A stretch of DNA of 64,000 nt from a virus, in IMG/VR virus record IMGVR_UViG_3300043331_000441, positions 1 to 64,000 of that record, one strand, 5' to 3'. Under the pieces are notes generated by a model. It saw only the letters and a list, made by a program, of their open reading frames with translations, was not told the origin of the DNA and did not search any database. The position numbers and the translations under genes are program-made. Below, piece after piece: positions 56,840 to 63,581 of the stretch (position 1 is the first letter of the stretch; the number at the start of each line of letters is the position of its first letter).

Positions 56840-56922
56840 CTGGGAAACGGGAAGCCGAAGCGTGGCAGCGGGGGCGCCCCGCGCAGAAGCCAATCCGTGC
56901 GATGCGGAGCACCGTTTCCCAG
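56840..56922 (+). ncRNA. four-way-junction RNA candidate between the two Ile-like tRNAs
   Basis: 11-bp helix CTGGGAAACGG/CCGTTTCCCAG enclosing three hairpins. Confidence 0.5.
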
Positions 56923-56933
56923 TACCGACTTAT

Positions 56934-57086
56934 CGGGATGTAGCTCAGTGGTAGAGCACCGGTCTGATGTACCGGAGGACGCGTCTGAAAAGACATAGGC
57001 ATTCCAGAAGGGCGACGTATTCGCGCTTTTGAGAAGCCGGAGCGAAATACTCCGTAAGCCGAAAGGTTCGAATCCTGCCATCCCGA
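56934..57086 (+). tRNA. tRNA-Ile(GAU)-like gene with 81-nt T-stem insertion (56983-57063)
   Basis: Acceptor CGGGATG/CATCCCG + A73; CCGGT-CTGATGT-ACCGG; AGGAC; GC|insert|AGG-TTCGAAT-CCTGC. Confidence 0.7.
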
Positions 57087-57088
57087 CT

Positions 57089-57550
57089 ATGAAACGACCA
57101 ACACTCATATGGGCACAAGACCTCGGAGAACCCGAGTGCCCCTACGCACGACGCTGGGTTCTCAATCTTGGCTTCGCCAGTATTCGCGTCCACCACTGGG
57201 TCCGCAGCGACGACAAGCGCGCGCCGCATGATCATCCATGGTGGTTTCTGACACTGGTGCTGTCAGGCTCCTACGAGGATTGGGGCTATCCGGAACGCAC
57301 CGCCAAGGGCGCCCCGCGCCTGGATCACAAAACAGTCGATCCGCTCAAACGTGGCAGCGTGCGTTACCGGCCAGCCCATCACATTCACTCGGTGAGCGTC
57401 CCGCCGGGCGGATGCTGGACAGTCCTCCTCACGGGAAGGGAGCGCAAACAGTGGGGATTCTGGACGCGCCGGAAGGATGGCGCTGCGCGTTTTCTGCGTT
57501 CTGCGCGATACTTCTATAAGCACGGGCACCATCCGTGCGATCAGGAATGA
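57089..57550 (+). CDS. cupin-fold phage protein
   Basis: VHHW..SD..R.PHDHPW.F.TLVL.G.Y.D...HSV. Confidence 0.8.
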   Translation: MKRPTLIWAQDLGEPECPYARRWVLNLGFASIRVHHWVRSDDKRAPHDHPWWFLTLVLSGSYEDWGYPERTAKGAPRLDHKTVDPLKRGSVRYRPAHHIHSVSVPPGGCWTVLLTGRERKQWGFWTRRKDGAARFLRSARYFYKHGHHPCDQE

Positions 57551-57647
57551 AAGGAGAACAAGTGAGCGAGAGGCGAGCATTCCCTCACTCGCGCCAGCCG
57601 GTGTGCCCCACTGAATAAAGCCATGGAAGAATGCGACCACGACTGGG

Positions 57648-57878
57648 ATGACGACTTCATGGGCGGTTCAATCTGCCGAAAGTGTCGTACGCATGTCTAA
57701 AAACGTCTTCTGGGAGGGCGTGTCTGCCAAGGATGACCCGCGTCGGTTCAGACGTCCAGTACGGGTGGATGGAAAGAATTGCCGTGACCGTCAACCCTGG
57801 GGAGGATTCACCGACCAGGAGCGATGTGAATGCGTCGGAGAATGCGAGTACGATCGCCGACAGAATGAGGCTTCGTGA
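57648..57878 (+). CDS. hypothetical protein
   Basis: Cys-containing ORF; start uncertain. Confidence 0.45.
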   Translation: MTTSWAVQSAESVVRMSKNVFWEGVSAKDDPRRFRRPVRVDGKNCRDRQPWGGFTDQERCECVGECEYDRRQNEAS

Positions 57879-58167
57879 CCCAGGACTCCTCGCGCTTCTT
57901 TCGCATACGTATGACGAATGCGCATTGTGTGGCACCACACAAAATCTGCACCTGCACCACGTGCTCTACCGCTCGCAAGGAGGTGATGATGTCCGTGGGA
58001 ATATCGTTTGCCTCTGCCGCTCGTGCCATGAAGCAGTTCACCGAGGCGATAAAGCTGCTCTCCACGCACACATCCGCCTCTTCCGGCCAGACGTCGTGGA
58101 ATATCTGCAAGGACGACTAGGTGTAGATGCAGCGAATGCACGTTTAGCGTCCGATGCCTGTGGATAA
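57865..58167 (+). CDS. HNH endonuclease
   Basis: CALC...HLHH...SQGG.D...N...LC..CH...H. Confidence 0.85.
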   Translation: MRLRDPGLLALLSHTYDECALCGTTQNLHLHHVLYRSQGGDDVRGNIVCLCRSCHEAVHRGDKAALHAHIRLFRPDVVEYLQGRLGVDAANARLASDACG

Positions 58168-58188
58168 CATATCCCCAGGTGATTGTGG

Positions 58189-58509
58189 ATGGCAACAAAG
58201 CTGTACGACAGCCAGCGCTGGCGCGACTACCGTTCGCGCGTTCTCGCAGACGACGCTGAGTGCGCCTTCGCGCGCCTGGCGGGCGACTGCAGCGGCGCGC
58301 TGCAAGTTCATCACGTTGAGCCACTCGCTGACGGTGGGCCACCGTTTCCCGCCAGAGATGGCGTGGTTGTGTTGTGTGTCGCGCACCACAGCTGGCTCCA
58401 CGGCTGGAAGCGACGTAAGAAGCAGACCTGGAAAAGGTGTCCTCATCACCATGTGACGCCCGAAGGGCGTCGCCTGTGTGAACGTAGGCTGAACCGAGTC
58501 GCCGCCTAG
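58189..58509 (+). CDS. HNH endonuclease (phage, terminase-associated type)
   Basis: LYDSQRWR..R..VL...C...VHH..P...GG...LC..HH. Confidence 0.8.
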   Translation: MATKLYDSQRWRDYRSRVLADDAECAFARLAGDCSGALQVHHVEPLADGGPPFPARDGVVVLCVAHHSWLHGWKRRKKQTWKRCPHHHVTPEGRRLCERRLNRVAA

Positions 58510-58539
58510 TACGTCCGATCGCAAAATTACTGTTTCCCC

Positions 58540-58935
58540 GTGGAAGTTTCCCCGGAGGAAAGGGCATGGGCTGCTGGTCTCTTCGAGGGCGAGGGTTGTC
58601 TTGCATACAGCAACGGACGCCCGCGTCTACAACTCAAGATGATCCATGAGGAAAGCGTTCGACGTGTTCATGCAGCGATTGGGCTTGGCAAGGTGTACGG
58701 GCCGTACGGCCCGTACACCAGCCAATTCGGTAGTAAGCCTGTGTTCATGTGGGTCGTCGACCAAGACGAGGTTGCGGAGGCAATCGAACTCTTGCGTCCC
58801 CATCTGTCAGAGTGGGCCGCCAAACGGCTTGATCGAACTGCGGACGAACGCATCAATGATGTTCCTCGTGCGGTGCGTAAGCCCAAGCGTCGCCGCCCGC
58901 CAGAGAACACAGATGCCGACGACTGGTTGTCATGA
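58540..58935 (+). CDS. single-motif LAGLIDADG homing endonuclease
   Basis: RAWAAGLFEGEGCL...L.LKM...G.G.V...WVV. Confidence 0.8.
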   Translation: MEVSPEERAWAAGLFEGEGCLAYSNGRPRLQLKMIHEESVRRVHAAIGLGKVYGPYGPYTSQFGSKPVFMWVVDQDEVAEAIELLRPHLSEWAAKRLDRTADERINDVPRAVRKPKRRRPPENTDADDWLS

Positions 58936-59246
58936 CACGTGGATTAGTAGACTGTCATGACGCATGGGCGGAGCATGGTGCGCAGCGAGAGGCTGTGACG
59001 AGGGTCGGCACACCCTGGTTGAAACACTCCGCCCTTGCACTAAGTAGTCTGTTCAGATCTGCGGCCCCAACCCGTCGAGCACGAAGGGCATCTTCACAGG
59101 CGGGAGGGCCGCAGAAAATCAGTGGGCCTCAGGTCTGTAGTAGCGAGTTGATCGCCGTGAACTGGCCTCGTGCAGCCTTTGTGAGCCGTAGTTGACGACA
59201 CGCTGCGGTGAGCAGGGGAAAGACCCGGCTAAGCGGGCGCCCACAA

Positions 59247-59314
59247 ATCCCGGCACGCCTGACAGGGAAGTGTTCTCAGTGGATAGGGTCAGTACATCCG
59301 AGAACCGCCGGGAT
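59247..59314 (+). ncRNA. structured RNA candidate with possible pseudoknot
   Basis: ATCCCGGC/GCCGGGAT, GTTCTC/GAGAAC, GGAT/ATCC; CTGAC (59259) complementary to loop GTCAG (59288). Confidence 0.45.
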
Positions 59315-59320
59315 CATGAT

Positions 59321-59405
59321 CTGCGCAGAGGGAGACGGGCGCGCGGCCATGCGTCGGAATCAGGGGCGGCGACCTTCCCCCCGACGTATTCGTACGGACT
59401 CCCTC
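59321..59405 (+). ncRNA. pseudoknot element E1
   Basis: CTGCGC/GCGCGG crossing GAGGGAG/CTCCCTC; inner ATGCGTCGG/CCGACGTAT. Confidence 0.6.
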
Positions 59406-59409
59406 ATTT

Positions 59410-59481
59410 GCCCCGGTCGTTCAGCGGCCAGGATGCCGCCCTGTCGAGGCGGAGACACGGGTTCGATTCCCGTCCGGGGCG
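59410..59481 (+). tRNA. tRNA-Asp(GUC), no encoded CCA
   Basis: GCCCCGG/CCGGGGC; CCGCC-CTGTCGA-GGCGG; ACGGG-TTCGATT-CCCGT. Confidence 0.9.
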
Positions 59482-59482
59482 T

Positions 59483-59572
59483 CTGCGCAGAGGGGAGACG
59501 GCGCGCGCAGCGCGGAGTCGATGAAGGAACAGAACCTCCTCCCTTCATCGCCTGCGGGATCGGACTCCCCTC
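59483..59572 (+). ncRNA. pseudoknot element E2
   Basis: CTGCGC/GCGCAG crossing GAGGGGAG/CTCCCCTC; inner CGATGAAGG/CCTTCATCG. Confidence 0.6.
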
Positions 59573-59590
59573 AGATGAAAGGAGAACACA

Positions 59591-59719
59591 GTGAAACTGC
59601 CGTTTCGACGTGCTGCGAAATATCGGACGCGCCGCCGGTGGGGCCGATGTCTGCTGTGCGGGCGCTTCGGGCGTCTCTACGATTGCGTGGGCGATTGGCT
59701 TTGTAGACGATGTGGATAG
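59591..59719 (+). CDS. 42-aa Zn-finger peptide
   Basis: GAAAGGAGAAC + GTG; CLLC...CRRC. Confidence 0.6.
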   Translation: MKLPFRRAAKYRTRRRWGRCLLCGRFGRLYDCVGDWLCRRCG

Positions 59720-59912
59720 AGGTGATCAAAAACGCCAGACACGAACTTCCTGAGTAAGACTCCGGGCCCGACGTCCGTAGTCGGATGGTGGATGCTCTAC
59801 CCTCGTCGGAGGCCCCATCCTGGCGGCGTCTAGTTGGGAGTGATGCCCCAACACGCACCTGCACCTGGGAACAGAACGCAGGGCGTTTCATCACAACAGA
59901 AGGGAGAACACG

Positions 59913-60392
59913 ATGGGTTTACGAGAGATCATCACTGGCAGCGACGCCGAGGATAAGAAGCTCAGCGCGTCCGTCGGTCTACGGCCTTACAAGCGCTGGT
60001 ACTTCTTTGGCTGGAAGTCCCCGCAGATTCTCTACCGGCGGCTACGCAACAAGTACTACCCACTCAAGCGTCTGCGTTGGGCTTCACAACGCGCACGACG
60101 CGGCTACGACGACCCCGCGATCTGGAACCTCAATTCCACACTTGCGGAACTCACAGTGATCGGCTGCCGCAAGCATCGCGAGTACGGAAACGGGTACCCC
60201 GCAGAGTTCACCGAGGAGTACGGCAGCGGCGGCGGGTGGGAGAAATGGGAGGACATCCTGCGCCGCATCGAAGAGGGCTTCCAGGCCTGGCTTGATGAGG
60301 ACGGCTTCTTCCACGAGAAGCCAGAGCAGGAAGCGAAGTTCAAGGACGGAATGGCCCTCTATGGCGAATGGTTCGGTTCGCTCTGGGACTAA
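59913..60392 (+). CDS. conserved phage hypothetical protein
   Basis: QRA.RGYDD..IWNL...GYP...W..IL..I..GF...F.SLWD. Confidence 0.75.
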   Translation: MGLREIITGSDAEDKKLSASVGLRPYKRWYFFGWKSPQILYRRLRNKYYPLKRLRWASQRARRGYDDPAIWNLNSTLAELTVIGCRKHREYGNGYPAEFTEEYGSGGGWEKWEDILRRIEEGFQAWLDEDGFFHEKPEQEAKFKDGMALYGEWFGSLWD

Positions 60393-60404
60393 AGGGAGAA
60401 CACA

Positions 60405-60641
60405 ATGGTTGAGTGGACAGCAGCCGAGAAAGGCTTCTCGCTCTCCGACGATGAGCAGAACGGCGTCGTGATCGCCGTCAACACGATCCTGCGCGGCGCA
60501 TGGACACCCGCAGGAGTAGAGAAGTGGTGGGACCGCCCGCGACACGAGCTGCGCGGGGCCACACCCAGAGAGGCCCTGCCGTATATCCCAACGGACGTCG
60601 TGGAACTGGCGATTGCCGGGATGATGCAGGGCGGATCATGA
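60405..60641 (+). CDS. MbcA/ParS/Xre-antitoxin C-terminal-like protein
   Basis: W.......WW.RP...L.GATP..AL. Confidence 0.55.
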   Translation: MVEWTAAEKGFSLSDDEQNGVVIAVNTILRGAWTPAGVEKWWDRPRHELRGATPREALPYIPTDVVELAIAGMMQGGS

Positions 60642-60651
60642 AAGGAGAACA

Positions 60652-60828
60652 ATGAGTGCTTCAACAACACCACAGGGGCACCCCAACAGGCGCGACGAGA
60701 TCATCCTTGCGCTCGCGATCTTCATGTGGATGGCTGTCGCGGCTGTCGCGTGGCTGGCGTACTCGTACTGGCACGGATTCGACCCAGAGCTGTGCCGCTC
60801 CTACGGGGGCTGCCAATGGACCGCGTGA
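60652..60828 (+). CDS. 58-aa single-TM peptide
   Basis: Start motif; IILALAIFMWMAVAAVAWLAY. Confidence 0.6.
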   Translation: MSASTTPQGHPNRRDEIILALAIFMWMAVAAVAWLAYSYWHGFDPELCRSYGGCQWTA

Positions 60829-60950
60829 CCCGCCGCATCGGATGGTGGCTCATGGGATGGCCGACCGGCGTTCGACGAGTAAACCAGTGGCTAATCCGCT
60901 ACGGCCCGTACCGCCTCGGTGCGTGGCTAGTCAACCGGAGGTCAGCGTGA
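60816..60950 (+). CDS. small Trp/Arg-rich peptide
   Basis: Coupled to the next gene. Confidence 0.45.
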   Translation: MDRVTRRIGWWLMGWPTGVRRVNQWLIRYGPYRLGAWLVNRRSA

Positions 60951-61408
60951 CCCGCCCGGACCCCGCCGACATCGACCACGCCCTCGCTGCGCGGAAGAAA
61001 GGGCTTGGCCTCACCAGGGCCGAGGCCTGGAGGCTTGCTGACGAGGTGGTGGCCCTCCGCGCCGAACTCGCAGAAGCCATCGAGCAGCGCAACGAATGGG
61101 CCGAGCGCGTCGAGGTCGTGCGTGCCGCCAGGGAAGCAGCCGAACGGGAACGAGACGGCTACAAGCAGACGGCCAACAGCAACCACTGGCGTGCGGAGGC
61201 TGCCGAAACCGAGCTGCGCGAGCTGCGTCTCGTAGTCGCTCGGCAGTTGACGCCACTCGATGTTGCCGTGACACACATCGACATCCTGCGCCGAAAAAGC
61301 GATGACTACACCCCACGGGAACGGGACAACGTCGCGATCATCGTCGAGTCGCACGCCGAGGAAGCACGGAAGGCGTTGTTCGATGCGCTTCGTGCGGAAG
61401 AGACGTGA
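60947..61408 (+). CDS. modular mosaic coiled-coil protein 3
   Basis: Same DNA modules as 44493-47002. Confidence 0.75.
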   Translation: MTRPDPADIDHALAARKKGLGLTRAEAWRLADEVVALRAELAEAIEQRNEWAERVEVVRAAREAAERERDGYKQTANSNHWRAEAAETELRELRLVVARQLTPLDVAVTHIDILRRKSDDYTPRERDNVAIIVESHAEEARKALFDALRAEET

Positions 61409-61845
61409 GCTGGTGGTACGTCTCGTCGCCACGGATGACCGGCGGGATCGAACTCGACGAGAACAACGTCATCGTCGGGGGCGCCCCTATCTTCCGCCGC
61501 TTCTTCGGCCAGCCCGCCAAGAACCTGGGCAACTGGCTGCGCAAGCACGGTGATGTCGAGTTTCAGAGACTGACAGAGGGGAGGGCCGGTACCAGCCCGC
61601 CACGTCAGAGAGCCTCAGGGTCGCATTCCCCTCTCCCTGAGGCCACGCACACCTACACGTGGGGCAACAACCCCAAGCGCGCGACCCTCAAGGGCCGTGC
61701 CTGTCGCATCCTGTTGAAGGGGAGGATGCGATCGGTTATGGTCGAATTCGAGAACGGGCAGCGTGAGATCGTCTCGATACGCGCGCTGCGAGAAAGGAGA
61801 ACAGATGGCCGAAGAGACGAAGATGACCAAGCTGTGGACGCGTGA
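61405..61845 (+). CDS. hypothetical protein, apparent two-domain fusion
   Basis: GGAPIFRRF.GQP..NL..WL then YTWGNN.KR..LKGR.C. Confidence 0.55.
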   Translation: MSWWYVSSPRMTGGIELDENNVIVGGAPIFRRFFGQPAKNLGNWLRKHGDVEFQRLTEGRAGTSPPRQRASGSHSPLPEATHTYTWGNNPKRATLKGRACRILLKGRMRSVMVEFENGQREIVSIRALRERRTDGRRDEDDQAVDA

Positions 61846-62017
61846 CGGCCGCGTCTGGAACGTCCTCGGCGACCCCGAAGACATCTGGAAACGGGTTATC
61901 CAGATACCGACCAACGGGTCAACGACCCACTGGGTCGAGTTGACGACGCTCGACGGCTATGTCGTCCGCATCCGCAAGGATCATGTCACTACAGTGGCGG
62001 ATGTTGGTGCGGCATGA
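61805..62017 (+). CDS. hypothetical protein
   Basis: Start motif. Confidence 0.7.
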   Translation: MAEETKMTKLWTRDGRVWNVLGDPEDIWKRVIQIPTNGSTTHWVELTTLDGYVVRIRKDHVTTVADVGAA

Positions 62018-62310
62018 GGGAACTAAGTCAGTATGAACTGGACAGCCTGCTTGGTGCCTACTTCATCTGCCCGTTCTGCAAGTCAGAGGAGTGGTATAAG
62101 GGCGGCGAAGGTGGCATGTCGCAGAACGTCTTCTGCGCTAACGAGGAGTGCGGCGCTGGCTTCAACGTGATGGGCCCCAAGCCGGTCAACCTCGGCGGCC
62201 AACTGATCCAGCCACCCAAGGGTGGCGACCCTGGCCCGCTGGAACCAGCACCTGTCAAACTGGACGCCCCGCCCACGCAGCTTCCCTGGTGGAAAAGGTT
62301 GTTCACATGA
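62014..62310 (+). CDS. Zn-ribbon protein, paralog of 33521..33838
   Basis: CPFC...GGMSQNVFCANEECGAGFNV. Confidence 0.7.
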   Translation: MRELSQYELDSLLGAYFICPFCKSEEWYKGGEGGMSQNVFCANEECGAGFNVMGPKPVNLGGQLIQPPKGGDPGPLEPAPVKLDAPPTQLPWWKRLFT

Positions 62311-62510
62311 CGTGTGCGCAATGCGGTCGCAAGATGGACGAGCGGATCGAGACGATCTGGCAGCACGTCACCGGCTGGACGAAGAAGCGCGATCAGGGCG
62401 GCACAAATCACATCGCGCTCCGCGAAGAGCTGCCGGAAGTGATGTGCAACGGCTGCATGACATTACTGCTTGATGGCCTTAACCCGGGCCAGCAGTCGCT
62501 GGGCGTCTGA
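62307..62510 (+). CDS. small Zn-finger protein
   Basis: CAQC...CNGC. Confidence 0.65.
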   Translation: MTCAQCGRKMDERIETIWQHVTGWTKKRDQGGTNHIALREELPEVMCNGCMTLLLDGLNPGQQSLGV

Positions 62511-62788
62511 TGCCGCGCGTCAAGATGGTTTACCAAGAGCACGGCGAGTGGGCGCCCGCAAGCGCGCAGCCTGGCACCTGTAAGCATCCGCGCGACAGGC
62601 TGCGCTACGACAGCAACTTCGCCATGCCGATCCACATGTACTGCCGTGATTGCGGCACGCGTTATCTCAGCCCCTACCACGGCATGACGCAGGAAGAGAT
62701 GGACGAAGTGCGTGAACGCGCCAAGCAGCGGGCGATCGAATACGGATTCATGGACGAAAACGGCAACTGGCTCGACGACGATGACTGA
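62510..62788 (+). CDS. Zn-binding hypothetical protein
   Basis: CKH...CRDC. Confidence 0.65.
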   Translation: MPRVKMVYQEHGEWAPASAQPGTCKHPRDRLRYDSNFAMPIHMYCRDCGTRYLSPYHGMTQEEMDEVRERAKQRAIEYGFMDENGNWLDDDD

Positions 62789-62954
62789 TTACGGCATTAC
62801 GTGGACGCCAGAAGAACCCGATCTCTACAAGATCGAGTTTGAGGAAGCGATCGTTATGAGCGAGTCGGGGGATCTACGTATCGAGTTGCCACTTCCGCGC
62901 GGTACATTCCGCGTGCGCGTCATCGTCGAGACCGACGAAGAACCACAGGATTGA
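62781..62954 (+). CDS. small acidic protein
   Basis: Overlap coupling. Confidence 0.55.
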   Translation: MTDYGITWTPEEPDLYKIEFEEAIVMSESGDLRIELPLPRGTFRVRVIVETDEEPQD

Positions 62955-63376
62955 GCCAAGAACTCGTCTACCCACTGACCGGCGAGGTCGTCTCCTACGA
63001 CGATCCGGCTGGCTGCGTGAGGCTGCTCGGCGAGATCCGTGAGCTGGAGCAGAAACTTAAGTCGCTCAAGTCAGAACTCACGCTCGCGTTAGAGCAGGAG
63101 TTCTCACGGCAGGGGCGAAAGACGATCGAGGTGAATGGCGTCAAGGCGGAGCTGCGTGGCGGCAGCGGCATCGTGTGGGACATCGAAGTCTTAGAAGAAC
63201 TGCGGCAGCTCGGGTTACCGGAAGAAAGGATGGACGAGCTGATGCAGGCTGAGATCACATACAAGGTCAACGGCAGCGTGGCGAAGCAGATTGCGGCAGC
63301 CAACCCTGAGTACGCTGATGTGATCGAACGCGCGAAACAGCGCGTCCCGAAAGCGACCTACGTCGCGCTTGGCTAA
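62951..63376 (+). CDS. hypothetical protein (Gp157-like helical)
   Basis: TTGA coupling; coiled coil then beta-rich segment. Confidence 0.65.
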   Translation: MSQELVYPLTGEVVSYDDPAGCVRLLGEIRELEQKLKSLKSELTLALEQEFSRQGRKTIEVNGVKAELRGGSGIVWDIEVLEELRQLGLPEERMDELMQAEITYKVNGSVAKQIAAANPEYADVIERAKQRVPKATYVALG

Positions 63377-63581
63377 GGGCTCAGAGCAGCCGAGATGGGA
63401 ATGGTCGCGGGGGGTGAGGGAGTGTGCCGGTTGTGAGCGCACGCTCCGGATCGCAGACGTCCGCTGTTGGCACGCGGGCGCGGACGGCATCCCGGTCATC
63501 TTCTGCCACGAGTGCTTCCCCGGACGTTGGCGAGAGTGGCTTACATCTGCGCGCACGTCTGCGCAGGGCGATCACGACTGA
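63369..63581 (+). CDS. small Zn-finger protein
   Basis: CAGC...CHEC. Confidence 0.55.
   Translation: MAKGSEQPRWEWSRGVRECAGCERTLRIADVRCWHAGADGIPVIFCHECFPGRWREWLTSARTSAQGDHD

Larger units (their letters stand above)
4078..61802 (+). promoter_or_regulatory. stereotyped start-associated RBS motif GAAAGGAGAAC (about 40 copies with close variants)
   Basis: Precedes starts at 4095, 5222, 6865, 7217, 12999, 22013, 23654, 26495, 28141, 33076, 34796, 35031, 37951, 49713, 59591, 60652, 61805 and others. Confidence 0.85.

Noticed and set aside
56736-57078. Hammerhead ribozyme (CUGAUG...GAAA) within the Ile-like tRNAs
   Set aside because: CUGAU is the anticodon loop closed by its own stem, A9 is missing (CUGAUGU, CUGAUUG), stem II does not follow it, and the would-be cleavage base is G.
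59321-59572. Firm call as theta/HDV ribozyme
   Set aside because: No P3/L3 or P1.1 and no G at position 1; reported only as an HDV-like helix order.
59591-59895. Large ncRNA from long-range pairings (GTGAAAC/GTTTCA, GGGGCC/GGCCCC)
   Set aside because: The 5' half is a 42-aa Zn-finger ORF with the standard start motif, and such pairings are easily found by chance at this GC content.
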